From a virus: 64,000 bases of DNA. Positions within the stretch are counted from its first letter, which is position 1; each line of letters opens with the position of its first letter. The notes below the pieces were generated by a model, which saw only the letters and a list, made by a program, of their open reading frames with translations, did not search any database and was not told where the DNA came from. Below are positions 24,030 to 34,235 of this stretch, piece by piece. Made by a program: the position numbers and the translations under genes. The stretch spans positions 22,140 through 86,139 of the IMG/VR virus record IMGVR_UViG_3300028196_000007. The stretch is one strand, 5' to 3'.

Positions 24030-26939
24030 TTATGCTCCTATAGGTCCTGATGCTAATTGAATTACTTTACCTACTTCTTTTCCGTCCATAACCACTTTAC
24101 CACCAGCTTGAATAACTGATATAAGTTCATCTAATTTCTTGATGATTTCATCGGAACCACCTGCGTTTTTAGTTTCTGATTGTGATTCTCCACCACCTTC
24201 TCCCATACCAAATAAACCAAGTGAACCTAGTTTTTCCATTACAGGCAAGAGAGGTACAAGTAATAATAATGATGCTGCAAATAAAGTTAAAGCTCCAGCC
24301 ATCATAACAAATCCTAGTGAACCTGGAACTAAAGTTATACCTGCTAAACCTAATGCTGCTGTTCCTGCAGCGAAGCCTATCATATCTAAACCTAGAGGTA
24401 TTGAGCCTAGAGCTGCACCATATCCTGGTAGTGCAAGTGATATAGCTGATAAACCTATTGTACCTAATAGTATCGCAGGTAAGAATGCCCCTATTCCACC
24501 AACTGCTGCTCCTATGAGTCCTAGTCCTACACCGAATCCAATTATACCTTTAGGGTCTATTCCTGATAATCCTGATAGTGCTTCAACGGCTGGTTCTATT
24601 GCAAAGCCTAAAGCGTGTGCAGATAAAGCGCCTAATAGTATTGCAGGTAATAAGAAACCCATCCCTGCTACTGCTGCAGCCATTAAACCAAGACCTACAG
24701 CAAATCCAGTAATTGCTGCAGGGTCAACTCCTGCTAGATTACTCATTGCCATTGCTGCAGGTATAATTGCAACACCTAATATTGCTAATGCCGCCGAACC
24801 TAGTGCAACCATAGGGAATATAAATCCTAAACCTGCAGCTGCAAGTCCTAGTATTGCTAGTGAACCTGAAAATGCAATCATAGCCATTGGGTCAACACCT
24901 TCCAATAATCCAAATGCTAATGCTGCAGGTATCATTGCAACACCTAATAATCCTAATACAAGTAATCCTTTTAAGATACTTGAAAATCCTTTCCCGAGTG
25001 ATTTAAGACCTTGAGCTAAAAACTTAAAGTTTGTTGCCAACATAGCAAGTGGTACTAACCCCATAAACATTAAGAACGGTATCGATGGTAAAGCCAATAA
25101 TAGTGCAGGTCCTGCTAATGCTAATGCTGCAATACCTTTAAATGTACCTTTACCCATCGATCTAAGTCCAGCAGCAAGGTCTTGCATTTTCTTTTTAATG
25201 CCACCTTTTTTACCGCCAGCTCCTAATTTGTCTGATGAGCCTAGTTCTTTTTTACCCATGTCAGCCATATCTGCTGATTTGTCTTTACCGTGGCCTAACA
25301 TCGAACCAAGCTTTGTAGATTTTAATTTATCTCCAACTTTACCGCCAAGTCCTTTTAATGCTGGAGCGAAAGAGCCTATACCTTTTGCCATAGAACCTAA
25401 AAGATTTCCTGTTGCTGCAAGTGTTGTTGCGTTTTCTTTTAGATATCCGCCATATCTTGCTGTAGCTTCTGCAATTGCAGCTGAGGTTGCTGATTGTTTT
25501 TCTCCTGTCTCTGTCAGACCTGCTGCTTTATTTAATTGCTTTTCAAGTTCTCCAGTAGTTACACCCATTAACTCTGCAGCTTGTTTCTTCTGGTAATAAT
25601 CCATTTGATTAAAGCCTTGTATGCCACCAAGCTGTCCTAGCATTTCTTTATATGCGCCTGATATATCGCCTTCGTATATAAGTTGTTGTGCTTTATCTAC
25701 ATTTACTTGTCTACCAAGCATCACACTTAGCTCCATTGCGCTAGCCCTTGCATTGTCTATATCCATTAACTTGTCGCCTAAAGCACTCATTTGGCTAAGT
25801 GAAGTTCCTAACTTTCCAGCCTCTACTGCCATATCACCTAATTGTGATACTGATATATTACCGAACTTGGATGTGAGCTCCATGTTTTCTGCAACGTCTG
25901 ACATTACTTTTCCTATAGGGAGGTTTGCACCACGTGCTAGATTTGAAACTGTTTTTAGTGTTTCTTTAGATTGAGCTATAGATGAACCTTCAACAAGACT
26001 CATATGACCAACAAGCTTACCTGCATTTATTTCTGATAAACCTGTCTGCCTTGCTATATTTCCAACTTGTACAACAGCACTTGCAGAAATATCTTTAAGA
26101 CTTCCCATACCTTCAACAAGTCCTGCCATAGAATCAGCATTTTGCTTTGCTGATAATCCGAATAGTGCACCTTGTATATTAGCACCTAACATTTCATCGG
26201 CCATTCCTGCCGTTTGTGTTCTAGACATACCAATAGCATCACCAGCACTCGACATAGTATCTGTAAACTTACTTGCCTGTCTTCCCATCTCTACAAGAAA
26301 TAATCCTCTAGCTACTTTAGGGTCTGATATTATATCTTTAAAATCTTCAAATCTATCTCTGAATCCAGAAAAAGTCTTGTCAATTTCTTCATGTCTAGCT
26401 TTTTGTTTTTTAAGAGATTCTAATATTTTTGTATTTGGGTCTTGCAGTGCTTCTTTTTCCAGCCTCTGCTGTAATACAAAGTTAGATATTGCTTCTTCAC
26501 TAGTAGCTCTTTGTTCATTTAACTTAGATGATAACAAATCATCTTGATATGCTTGATTTTTTGAAAGTGCTATTCTCTTTTGAGAATCATATGCAGATGC
26601 TATTGAAGCAACCTTAGCATTGTCTATATCTAGCTCCATTTGCATTTTCTGCAACCTGGAGTTTTGTATCATTTTTATCTTATTTTCATTTTCAGATAGA
26701 GCATCTACAATCTGACTTCGCTTCTCATACATTTGAGTAAGAAGCTCTTCTTTTTTAACCTGTTTATTTGCAGCTGCTAATATATTGTCCTTAGCATTTT
26801 CTTGTCTAGTAAGTATTGCAGATAGAGAAGTTTGTATACCTTGTTCTTTTTTGGCAGCTTCTATTCTAGCCTTCTCTCGCTTTTCTTGCGCCTCATAAAA
26901 GCGCTTCATGTTATCTCTATCTCTATCGTTCATTGCCAT
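24030..26939 (-). CDS. Tail tape measure protein
   Basis: 969 aa; coiled-coil N half, Ala/Gly/Leu hydrophobic repeats, C-terminal VVMDGKEVG; downstream of tube and chaperone. Confidence 0.85.
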   Translation of the reverse strand: MAMNDRDRDNMKRFYEAQEKREKARIEAAKKEQGIQTSLSAILTRQENAKDNILAAANKQVKKEELLTQMYEKRSQIVDALSENENKIKMIQNSRLQKMQMELDIDNAKVASIASAYDSQKRIALSKNQAYQDDLLSSKLNEQRATSEEAISNFVLQQRLEKEALQDPNTKILESLKKQKARHEEIDKTFSGFRDRFEDFKDIISDPKVARGLFLVEMGRQASKFTDTMSSAGDAIGMSRTQTAGMADEMLGANIQGALFGLSAKQNADSMAGLVEGMGSLKDISASAVVQVGNIARQTGLSEINAGKLVGHMSLVEGSSIAQSKETLKTVSNLARGANLPIGKVMSDVAENMELTSKFGNISVSQLGDMAVEAGKLGTSLSQMSALGDKLMDIDNARASAMELSVMLGRQVNVDKAQQLIYEGDISGAYKEMLGQLGGIQGFNQMDYYQKKQAAELMGVTTGELEKQLNKAAGLTETGEKQSATSAAIAEATARYGGYLKENATTLAATGNLLGSMAKGIGSFAPALKGLGGKVGDKLKSTKLGSMLGHGKDKSADMADMGKKELGSSDKLGAGGKKGGIKKKMQDLAAGLRSMGKGTFKGIAALALAGPALLLALPSIPFLMFMGLVPLAMLATNFKFLAQGLKSLGKGFSSILKGLLVLGLLGVAMIPAALAFGLLEGVDPMAMIAFSGSLAILGLAAAGLGFIFPMVALGSAALAILGVAIIPAAMAMSNLAGVDPAAITGFAVGLGLMAAAVAGMGFLLPAILLGALSAHALGFAIEPAVEALSGLSGIDPKGIIGFGVGLGLIGAAVGGIGAFLPAILLGTIGLSAISLALPGYGAALGSIPLGLDMIGFAAGTAALGLAGITLVPGSLGFVMMAGALTLFAASLLLLVPLLPVMEKLGSLGLFGMGEGGGESQSETKNAGGSDEIIKKLDELISVIQAGGKVVMDGKEVGKVIQLASGPIGA

Positions 26940-26945
26940 AATTTA

Positions 26946-27233
26946 TTAACTAAATATATCTGCCTTTGCCATTAAATCATCTGCTTTCTTAACAGCATCA
27001 TCTGTAGCTTCTATTTTTTTTATTAAATCTTCAACAGCCTTTTTGCCTTTAGGTCCTGATGCAGCAATCTTTTCTAGATTAGCTTTAAATCTTTTGTCGT
27101 TTGATTTCTTAAGTATTCCTGATATGTGGTTCAAAACGCCATCAACTATACCTTCACGTGTAAGCTCACTGTTTTCTGAAAGTTTTTTAGAAATTATGTT
27201 TTTGATGTATTCTCGAAGTTCTTTGTTCTTCAT
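26946..27233 (-). CDS. Hypothetical protein
   Basis: 95 aa, GGAG SD, class A motif at 27267-27275. Confidence 0.7.
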   Translation of the reverse strand: MKNKELREYIKNIISKKLSENSELTREGIVDGVLNHISGILKKSNDKRFKANLEKIAASGPKGKKAVEDLIKKIEATDDAVKKADDLMAKADIFS

Positions 27234-27274
27234 GTATACTCTCCGTATTACGCTTAATTAGTTTTATATAAATA

Positions 27275-27523
27275 TCAACGTTTTCCGGATTTCGAGAAGC
27301 TTGGACGCTTAATAGATGTGTTACTTGAACTACCTTTTTTAGCTTTATCCATCTCCTCTCTTTCAGTTTTATGCTGATCGTTTAGTTTTCGTAAATAAAA
27401 TAACCTAAGATATACAGGCATTTTATAAACGTCATCATGACTAAACCCACCATTAGAGAAATACAGTAACTGAAATATCTGTTCGTGTAGAATGGCCTTA
27501 TAATTAAGACCTAGGCCAAAAAA
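27275..27523 (-). CDS. gp51-like baseplate/tail assembly chaperone frame with no start codon; probably reached by frameshift
   Basis: Not in ORF track. Open frame FFGLGLNYKAILHEQIFQLLYFSNGGFSHDDVYKMPVYLRLFYLRKL... begins at the T7 run at 27524-27518. Confidence 0.7.
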   Translation of the reverse strand, partial: FFGLGLNYKAILHEQIFQLLYFSNGGFSHDDVYKMPVYLRLFYLRKLNDQHKTEREEMDKAKKGSSSNTSIKRPSFSKSGKR

Positions 27524-28364
27524 ACTCTACGGTCATAGGTATAGATACTGAAGTTTCATGTCCGCATTCTTCGCATTCGAAATATATGTTCATATCAACA
27601 TCAGGTGTTACCTTGTCAAGATTGTTTCTGAACGCTAATGAATCTCTAGATATAAACTCATTTTCTACAAAATTGTTTATTGTCTTTCTAGTTTCATCAC
27701 CATCAACTGCTACAATAAGCTGCTTTAATCTACTTGTTAAATCATAAGATATTGTAGATTGATGCGTTTTCTTCTTCATTCTTTTTACCTCTGCTTGTAT
27801 TTTTTCTTCATCAGCATGAGATAATAACTTAAATGTTAAAGTCTTTTTACTTAAAGGTAATTCGAATTCAAATCTGTTTCCATTATCTACTATCTCTACA
27901 TCTTTATTTTCTAATGTAGCAAGATCGATAGTCTCTTTTTGTTTATGACCACAAGCAGGACAAGGTATTTCTACAGGATATTCTGCACCATAACCTAATA
28001 CTCTGGCTGCAATCATTACTGCATTTTTATCACCTAGTAATAGGTCATCATAGTTTACTCTTTTGCCTTCACCGTTACCCATAATTAAAGAGCGTAAAAG
28101 CATATCAATAACCACACCTTTCTGTATAAGGTTTTGAGAAGTCAAGATGTCTTCTTCTTTTGCGGTCATGTACTTCATTTCTATCTTACCTGTTCTTAAA
28201 GGATGTCCTTCAGGATATAATAAACCTTTTGTTGGTAAGTCTATAATCTCAGTAGGGAATTTAGAGTCAGAAATATTCTTAATCTGAGTCTCTTCTATTA
28301 ACTGTTCTTTTAAATCGTCTGTTGATAGTTCCTTTCCAGGATAATTGTCTGTCATTTTTGCCAT
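27504..28364 (-). CDS. gp26-like baseplate hub assembly / tail chaperone protein
   Basis: IDLPTKG..Y, YMTAKEEDIL, two CxxC, ends EFFWP; follows tail tube. Confidence 0.8.
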   Translation of the reverse strand: MAKMTDNYPGKELSTDDLKEQLIEETQIKNISDSKFPTEIIDLPTKGLLYPEGHPLRTGKIEMKYMTAKEEDILTSQNLIQKGVVIDMLLRSLIMGNGEGKRVNYDDLLLGDKNAVMIAARVLGYGAEYPVEIPCPACGHKQKETIDLATLENKDVEIVDNGNRFEFELPLSKKTLTFKLLSHADEEKIQAEVKRMKKKTHQSTISYDLTSRLKQLIVAVDGDETRKTINNFVENEFISRDSLAFRNNLDKVTPDVDMNIYFECEECGHETSVSIPMTVEFFWPRS

Positions 28365-28434
28365 AATATATAACTCCTTTTGTATTGTTTTGTATAACTA
28401 GTATATATAAATATATATGAACTTAAAAGTTTGC

Positions 28435-28462
28435 AAAAAAATAGCCTGAATTAACAGGCTAC
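28435..28462 (-). terminator. Intrinsic terminator after tail tube
   Basis: GUAGCCUG-UUAAUU-CAGGCUAU followed by a U run. Confidence 0.8.
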
Positions 28463-28501
28463 TTAATTTTAATATATGAAATTTGCCATCTATAAATCTT
28501 C

Positions 28502-28993
28502 TTAGTACTGTAGAATCCAGTAGTCACATCTTATAGTTAAAGCGATGATAGCCGGAACACCGTCATTTTCCCAAGATATTTCACCAAAGTCAGCATCTAC
28601 AAGGAAAGCACCTTTACCAGTCCATTCTTCTACTTTATCACCTACAGGTCCAAGTACATTGATTGTCACATCTTTCTTATAGAAGTCTGCGTAACCATTT
28701 CTACCTGTTACTGATTCGTGGTGAAGTCTTGCCCATTCCATAACAGCTTGTGCGCCTGATGGTACAATTGGGTCATATAACTCTACAGTTATAGCATCCC
28801 AATTACTTCTTCCTTTAATAAATCTTGAATTATTGATATGTTTTATTTCAGTTTCACCATTAACAAGTTTCGGTCTAGCCGCTTTTCTTATTAAGTATGA
28901 AGGTATACCATCTACGTAAAATACGAATCTGTTTGTTACCTTTGGCTCAAAGGCCGTGAACATTAGTTCTGTTGGGTCAATTAAATTTGCCAT
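28502..28993 (-). CDS. Tail tube protein (gp19-like)
   Basis: FEPK..NRF, W..ITVELYDP, VEEW..KGAF; follows the sheath gene. Confidence 0.9.
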   Translation of the reverse strand: MANLIDPTELMFTAFEPKVTNRFVFYVDGIPSYLIRKAARPKLVNGETEIKHINNSRFIKGRSNWDAITVELYDPIVPSGAQAVMEWARLHHESVTGRNGYADFYKKDVTINVLGPVGDKVEEWTGKGAFLVDADFGEISWENDGVPAIIALTIRCDYWILQY

Positions 28994-29025
28994 TTTGTTT
29001 TATCTCCTATTTAGTATAAATATCA

Positions 29026-31260
29026 CTAATCGTTAAATGTTGCGCCTGTTGGCATTATGTTAAAGTCAACAACAATGAATTCAGCGGCTTTAGCTGGTTG
29101 AATAAATATATCACCTTTCATGATGTTTCTATCAATGATATCTGGTGTATTGTTTGTTTCATCCATTACAACCTTGAAAGCATAAAGACCTTGTCTTTGT
29201 TGAACTGATTCCATATAAGGATTAACTTGTGATAAGAATCTATTTCTAGTTGCTGTTGTATTGTTTTCAAATAATAAGTATTTAGATACTGATGCAATAA
29301 ATTTCTTAAGATTTATTAGTAATCTTCTTACGTTTACACGGTCAAGAGCAGAAGCTTTCTTTTGAAGAGTTTTCTGTCCCCATACACAAACACCTTCACC
29401 TGGGAATGTTGCAACTGGGTTAACTGAACCTTCATATAATACATCCCTGTTAGCGTGTGTTAGTTTTCTTTTAGCTTGTACTACTGTTTCCTGTCCACCT
29501 CTATTTAAACCAGCAGGAGCAAACCATTCTGCAGATACCTTATCGTTAAATGCATAGATACTTGGCATAATTACAGATTGTGGAACCCAGATATATTTAC
29601 CTGTTTGAGGGTCCGCAATTTGTACCCATGGCCAATACATTGCTGCATATGATGAGTCAAAGTTTTCTGCTTCTTGAGTTACAGATGCTATTTCGTTAGT
29701 TGAATAATCTACTGGATCGATTATAGTCATCACATCACCACGTTCTTCACATACAGTAACCATTTTATTAGCTAGTCCTGTCATAGATTGAGCTGTAATT
29801 CCTGGAGCGATTAGTAAGTTAATATCGAATTCATCTTGATTAGCTAATAGATTGAATGCACATTCGTATGCAATATATCCAGTATCTGTTACTGCTGCTA
29901 CATCCAACCCTTGGAAGTTTCCAGCAGTTGCGTTTTCATAGTAATTAGCTGCACCTGGAGTTGATGAACCTAATGGAGAATCTACAATAAAGTTTGTACC
30001 ATCAGCACCACCAAAGAATGAACCAGAACCTATTTGAGGTAACGATGCAGTTGCATTAGTATCTCTAATGTTTCCGTTTTCATCTAAATAATCTACTGTA
30101 TTTAATATTGAAGCTTCATCGATGTAAACGTATTGTGAACGGTTTTTAAAATTACCGCTTGGTTGTATATATGGATTTGCAGATGTTGCGTCTCCAATTG
30201 TCGATCTTTGAGTACCTATTACCGAACCAACATAATTTTTTTCGTTAGGGTCAAGTGAGCAATTATTCCATGTTTCAAGAATAACTTTTCTCTTTTTAGA
30301 ATCATCACCTCTACGAATAGCTAAAGTAAATGTACCTTTCTTTTCGTTAACGTTTGATATTTCCCATCTAAGATTATTTCTTGTTCCAAATTTAGTTCCT
30401 GTTCCATTAAGAGATGCAGATACGTGTACTTGGTTAGCAGCAACCTTAAGATTAGTTGTAGTTGAACCAGGTAAGCTATTCATAAGCTGACCATCAGTAT
30501 GTGTGTATATTTCGAATGATACAGTGTTTGAAGAATATGTTGAACCAGATGAAACTACACCTGTTACTGCAGCTAATGAGCTAGTTGATGCAACAGCGTT
30601 AGTTGATAGTGTTGTTGTTGAACCAGATATAAATTGAATTTCTGCACCATCTGCTGTAGCTGAACCAGATACCGAGAATGTACCATCAGAATGTGATACT
30701 GCAGTTCCAGCACCAACAACTGTATTCATTTCAGCTGCAAGATTTGTCATTGTCTCACCAACAAGAGTTGCTATATCATAGTAGTAAATACCAGCAGCTG
30801 TGTTATCAGCTGGAATAGTACCTGTTTCTCCAATGAATTGATATGCAGTACCATCAGAATGAGTATACTGAATCATAACTCCATCGGCAAGAATTTTGAA
30901 TGTACCAGCTGAAGCAGAAGGAGCAATACCAGCATTAGCCGTTTGGTCTAAATGAGTATATGAATTTGCATTTCCAGAATCAGTAGGCATTATCCTTACG
31001 ATAGTAGCAGGGCCACCATGCTTTAAGTATTCTTTTGCAGTGATTGATGTTAAGTATTGATAGTAATTACTACCTGATTTAAAAGAGTCTCCATATAGAG
31101 CTTGATACTCTGAATATGAAAATACTTGTGTCGGTACTAGTGCCTGTCCTTTTACAGTTGGTCCTACGATCGCAGCACCAATTTGAGCGACGCCTTGCTG
31201 TACAAATGATAAATCATTTTCTCTTGTAAATACACCAGGGCTAATTATTTTTTCAGCCAT
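29026..31260 (-). CDS. Tail sheath protein (gp18-like)
   Basis: ISPGVFTREND, YWPW, WFAPAGLNRG, WGQKTLQ, DRVNVRRLL, AEFIVVDF. Confidence 0.97.
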   Translation of the reverse strand: MAEKIISPGVFTRENDLSFVQQGVAQIGAAIVGPTVKGQALVPTQVFSYSEYQALYGDSFKSGSNYYQYLTSITAKEYLKHGGPATIVRIMPTDSGNANSYTHLDQTANAGIAPSASAGTFKILADGVMIQYTHSDGTAYQFIGETGTIPADNTAAGIYYYDIATLVGETMTNLAAEMNTVVGAGTAVSHSDGTFSVSGSATADGAEIQFISGSTTTLSTNAVASTSSLAAVTGVVSSGSTYSSNTVSFEIYTHTDGQLMNSLPGSTTTNLKVAANQVHVSASLNGTGTKFGTRNNLRWEISNVNEKKGTFTLAIRRGDDSKKRKVILETWNNCSLDPNEKNYVGSVIGTQRSTIGDATSANPYIQPSGNFKNRSQYVYIDEASILNTVDYLDENGNIRDTNATASLPQIGSGSFFGGADGTNFIVDSPLGSSTPGAANYYENATAGNFQGLDVAAVTDTGYIAYECAFNLLANQDEFDINLLIAPGITAQSMTGLANKMVTVCEERGDVMTIIDPVDYSTNEIASVTQEAENFDSSYAAMYWPWVQIADPQTGKYIWVPQSVIMPSIYAFNDKVSAEWFAPAGLNRGGQETVVQAKRKLTHANRDVLYEGSVNPVATFPGEGVCVWGQKTLQKKASALDRVNVRRLLINLKKFIASVSKYLLFENNTTATRNRFLSQVNPYMESVQQRQGLYAFKVVMDETNNTPDIIDRNIMKGDIFIQPAKAAEFIVVDFNIMPTGATFND

Positions 31261-31348
31261 TTATTTGTCTCCTATTATTGTAAGAATTAACCTTTTTGGG
31301 TCATGTTATTTCTAATATAAATATAATGTTACAGTCTCAAAAATATTT

Positions 31349-31609
31349 TTATTCAGGCATAAATACGCCTGTTTCAAGATTTAATTGACCAACTCCATAC
31401 TTTTTAGAAAGCTCTTGTACAAAAGCTTTTTCTTCTGCTCGTGTTTTATTATATTCTTTTCTTATTTGGTTTTCCGATTCGTCCAAAACTAATCTATCCA
31501 TTGCAACTTGTCCATAACTAACTGTTATAGTATCATATTTGTTTTTGAATCCTTCAACCTTTTTCATTTCTTCTTCTGTAAATTTTGTGCCTTCTTTAAT
31601 CTCAGCCAT
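31349..31609 (-). CDS. Hypothetical small coiled-coil protein (start revised to 31609)
   Basis: AGGAG SD precedes ATG 31609 (MAEIKEG); ends LSKKYGVGQLNLETGVF. Confidence 0.7.
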   Translation of the reverse strand: MAEIKEGTKFTEEEMKKVEGFKNKYDTITVSYGQVAMDRLVLDESENQIRKEYNKTRAEEKAFVQELSKKYGVGQLNLETGVFMPE

Positions 31610-31625
31610 TTTGTTCTCCTTATAA

Positions 31626-32450
31626 CTATTTATCGAAACCTTTTTTCTTTTTAAATTCAGCCTCATCTGGAGCGAGGTTTCTGTTTATATCCTCCATCGT
31701 TGAAACTGTTTCGTTGTTAACTGTTATCTTTACTTTACCATAATCTTTAGGATTATAGTTGCTCATAGCTTTTTGTATATTATCAGGTATAACAAATCCG
31801 CTCATACCTATTGAAAAACTAGCTTTTGCAATTCTATCTTCTCCCTGTGCTGCAGCTGATTCGATATCAAAACTATCTATTTTAGAAAGAAACTTAAATG
31901 TATTATCCTGTCCCCAATATTGACCTTCAGCATAATTTATATCTTCTACTATCTTATTTAGCTGCTCCAAGTACTCTGCATATATTACGCATTCGTATGT
32001 GAGTTTTACATAATCAGGTATTACTATGTTGTGGAATTCTGTTTCAGGTTTTCTTCCTATGAGTATATCAAATCTATCGTATCTATTTCTTTTAGAATAT
32101 TTTTTTTGAAAGCCGTAGTATAAAGGATTGTTTGTATCAACTTTACTTCCTAAGTCTCTACGTTTTTCTACACTAGTTCTTTTGTAAACAATTGCAGGAT
32201 ATTGTACCTTTCCTTTCTTGTCTCTATATATTCCTGTTTTCTGTATAGACTTCCATCTTTCAGGTGAACCATATACTACAGGTACATTAACTCTTTCTCC
32301 ATCTTCCATTACACTTGGCTGTATTACATTGTCAAAATAGTATTTAATTACAGAGTCAACATCATATAGATTTACAGACAAATCTTTTACATTATCATCT
32401 CTTCTGATTTGATTTGCTCTGTCAACGTTTTTATAATTAGGATTATCCAT
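31626..32450 (-). CDS. Tail terminator / sheath stabiliser (gp15-like)
   Basis: VPVVYGSPERW, PDYVKLTYE; lies between neck and sheath genes. Confidence 0.7.
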   Translation of the reverse strand: MDNPNYKNVDRANQIRRDDNVKDLSVNLYDVDSVIKYYFDNVIQPSVMEDGERVNVPVVYGSPERWKSIQKTGIYRDKKGKVQYPAIVYKRTSVEKRRDLGSKVDTNNPLYYGFQKKYSKRNRYDRFDILIGRKPETEFHNIVIPDYVKLTYECVIYAEYLEQLNKIVEDINYAEGQYWGQDNTFKFLSKIDSFDIESAAAQGEDRIAKASFSIGMSGFVIPDNIQKAMSNYNPKDYGKVKITVNNETVSTMEDINRNLAPDEAEFKKKKGFDK

Positions 32451-33045
32451 AAAGTCCTCCTCTCTGCTCGTCTATTTTTGTCCCGCTAACATACTCATCA
32501 TATCCAGCTCTTACATTTTCAAGTGTATTTATCTTACTTCTTCTCATTTCGTGTGTTTCTATAATAACAGACCAGCTAGCTCCGTGTGTACCACCAAGAG
32601 AATCTGTTGCTGGATTTTTGCCAAATAGATATTGGCCTTGTGCTACTGTATCGATTTCACAGTACATATTATCCCAAAATATTACATCGCCAACTTCTAG
32701 GAATATGTCTGCTTCTTGTGCGTTTTCATTAGGGTCTGTAGTATTGTTTGTAGAACCTAATTCTAGTGCTGCAAGGTCGTCTCTTAAAAATGAGAATTTT
32801 ATATTTCTAGTATAATCCGAACCAATATCTTCAGAAGTATATGACTTGGCATCCATTTCTATAAGACCTGCAACTCGGACTCCTGGCTTGAATACTTTAC
32901 TAAGAGCTTCTCCATAAAGATTTTCCTTTGTATCAAATATTGAATACTTAAATATATCACATCGAGTATCGATTATTTCGTTTATCAATTCTCTGTTCAA
33001 ATGTCTAAATAGACTTATATCTCTGCTTCCTCCGAATAGTGCCAT
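32443..33045 (-). CDS. Neck/head closure protein (gp14-like)
   Basis: NLYGE and EVGDVI motifs; synteny. Confidence 0.7.
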   Translation of the reverse strand: MALFGGSRDISLFRHLNRELINEIIDTRCDIFKYSIFDTKENLYGEALSKVFKPGVRVAGLIEMDAKSYTSEDIGSDYTRNIKFSFLRDDLAALELGSTNNTTDPNENAQEADIFLEVGDVIFWDNMYCEIDTVAQGQYLFGKNPATDSLGGTHGASWSVIIETHEMRRSKINTLENVRAGYDEYVSGTKIDEQRGGLYG

Positions 33046-33046
33046 G

Positions 33047-34183
33047 TTATCCTATGTATATGTTAAGCGGTGCTTTGTTAAGCATACCTTGTTGAAAATC
33101 TGTTATTTCTTGTTCTTTCTCCATCAAGTTTCTTCTTGATGCAGCTTCTAAGTCTTCTCTTAATGTGGCTATTAAAGCTTCTGCTTCTGCAATACCTTCA
33201 GATCGTAATGTGTCGCCATCTAAAGTTGTATCTGCTCCTGGAATTGGAATTGTACTATATTTACTTCTAATAGAGCCTAGAATCTGCTTTGTTAGTGCTA
33301 ATGTATATTTTCTTATCCACTGCAATCCTGGGTCGTTGATATTTGCATATGTCATATTATCGTATGTCATGTTTGAATAATCAGATATTGAAGCTGAAGT
33401 TATTAAAGTGTCTCTATCTGAAGTATGTATATATTCTACATAAAACTTAAAAGACGAATTAGGTCTAGGGAATATTTTTAGTTTATTATTGACAAGTTCA
33501 AAAGTGTAGTGAGATTTACGGATAGTGTCATTGAACTCTGTCTGCTGTATTTTTAGTAAATCGTCATAAATTGGCATTGCTAGATATTGAGCTCCACCTA
33601 AACTACCTCCCCAACCAAAGTTGTTAAGTGCGTAATCAAAACCTAGTCCCTGATCGTAATGTCTATCAGCTGCTGGTGATATATGGTGGAATACTCTTTT
33701 TACTTCTATGTCTGAAGTTTCAACTACATCAGCTGAAGATGTTAATACCAAGTTTAAATCGTATTCCTGTACACTTGCTGTTGTATTTATGTATCCTTTT
33801 CTCCAGTCAACATTACCTCCACTACCAGCTTCTGAGCCATACTGCTTTGATAGTGCTATTAGTCTACCTAAATTTGGAGTTATTGCTTTATGTGTAAAAT
33901 TTGTCGATGTTGAATTACCTTTCGCACTTAATAGATTTTCTCTTATATTGAATCTATTTACCTGAGCACTATATTCAGTTACAGATTCTTCAAAACATGC
34001 AAAGAATTGATCGTTGCTCATTTCTATATCTGTTATGGGATATCCTAAACGTGATGCGCACCATACTGCAGTTTTTGCAGATGCAGTTACGTATGATTGG
34101 TCGTTATCATATAAGCCAAATGGTGTACTACCACTTACTGAAGATGATGCTACCGTTCCATTATATATTGCTATGTTTGCCAT
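33047..34183 (-). CDS. Neck protein (gp13-like)
   Basis: RLGYPITDIEM, WIRKYTLAL.K..LG.IRSKY, TLDG. Confidence 0.85.
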   Translation of the reverse strand: MANIAIYNGTVASSSVSGSTPFGLYDNDQSYVTASAKTAVWCASRLGYPITDIEMSNDQFFACFEESVTEYSAQVNRFNIRENLLSAKGNSTSTNFTHKAITPNLGRLIALSKQYGSEAGSGGNVDWRKGYINTTASVQEYDLNLVLTSSADVVETSDIEVKRVFHHISPAADRHYDQGLGFDYALNNFGWGGSLGGAQYLAMPIYDDLLKIQQTEFNDTIRKSHYTFELVNNKLKIFPRPNSSFKFYVEYIHTSDRDTLITSASISDYSNMTYDNMTYANINDPGLQWIRKYTLALTKQILGSIRSKYSTIPIPGADTTLDGDTLRSEGIAEAEALIATLREDLEAASRRNLMEKEQEITDFQQGMLNKAPLNIYIG

Positions 34184-34235
34184 TATTTATTCCCTATATT
34201 AGTTTTATATAAATATCAAGAACTAGTCTCTTTGT

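Noticed and set aside
24139-25974. Long plus-strand ORFs (291, 132 and 117 aa) rich in Pro/Ala/Asn
   Set aside because: Antisense shadows of the Gly/Ala/Leu-rich tape measure codons; no SD or promoter.
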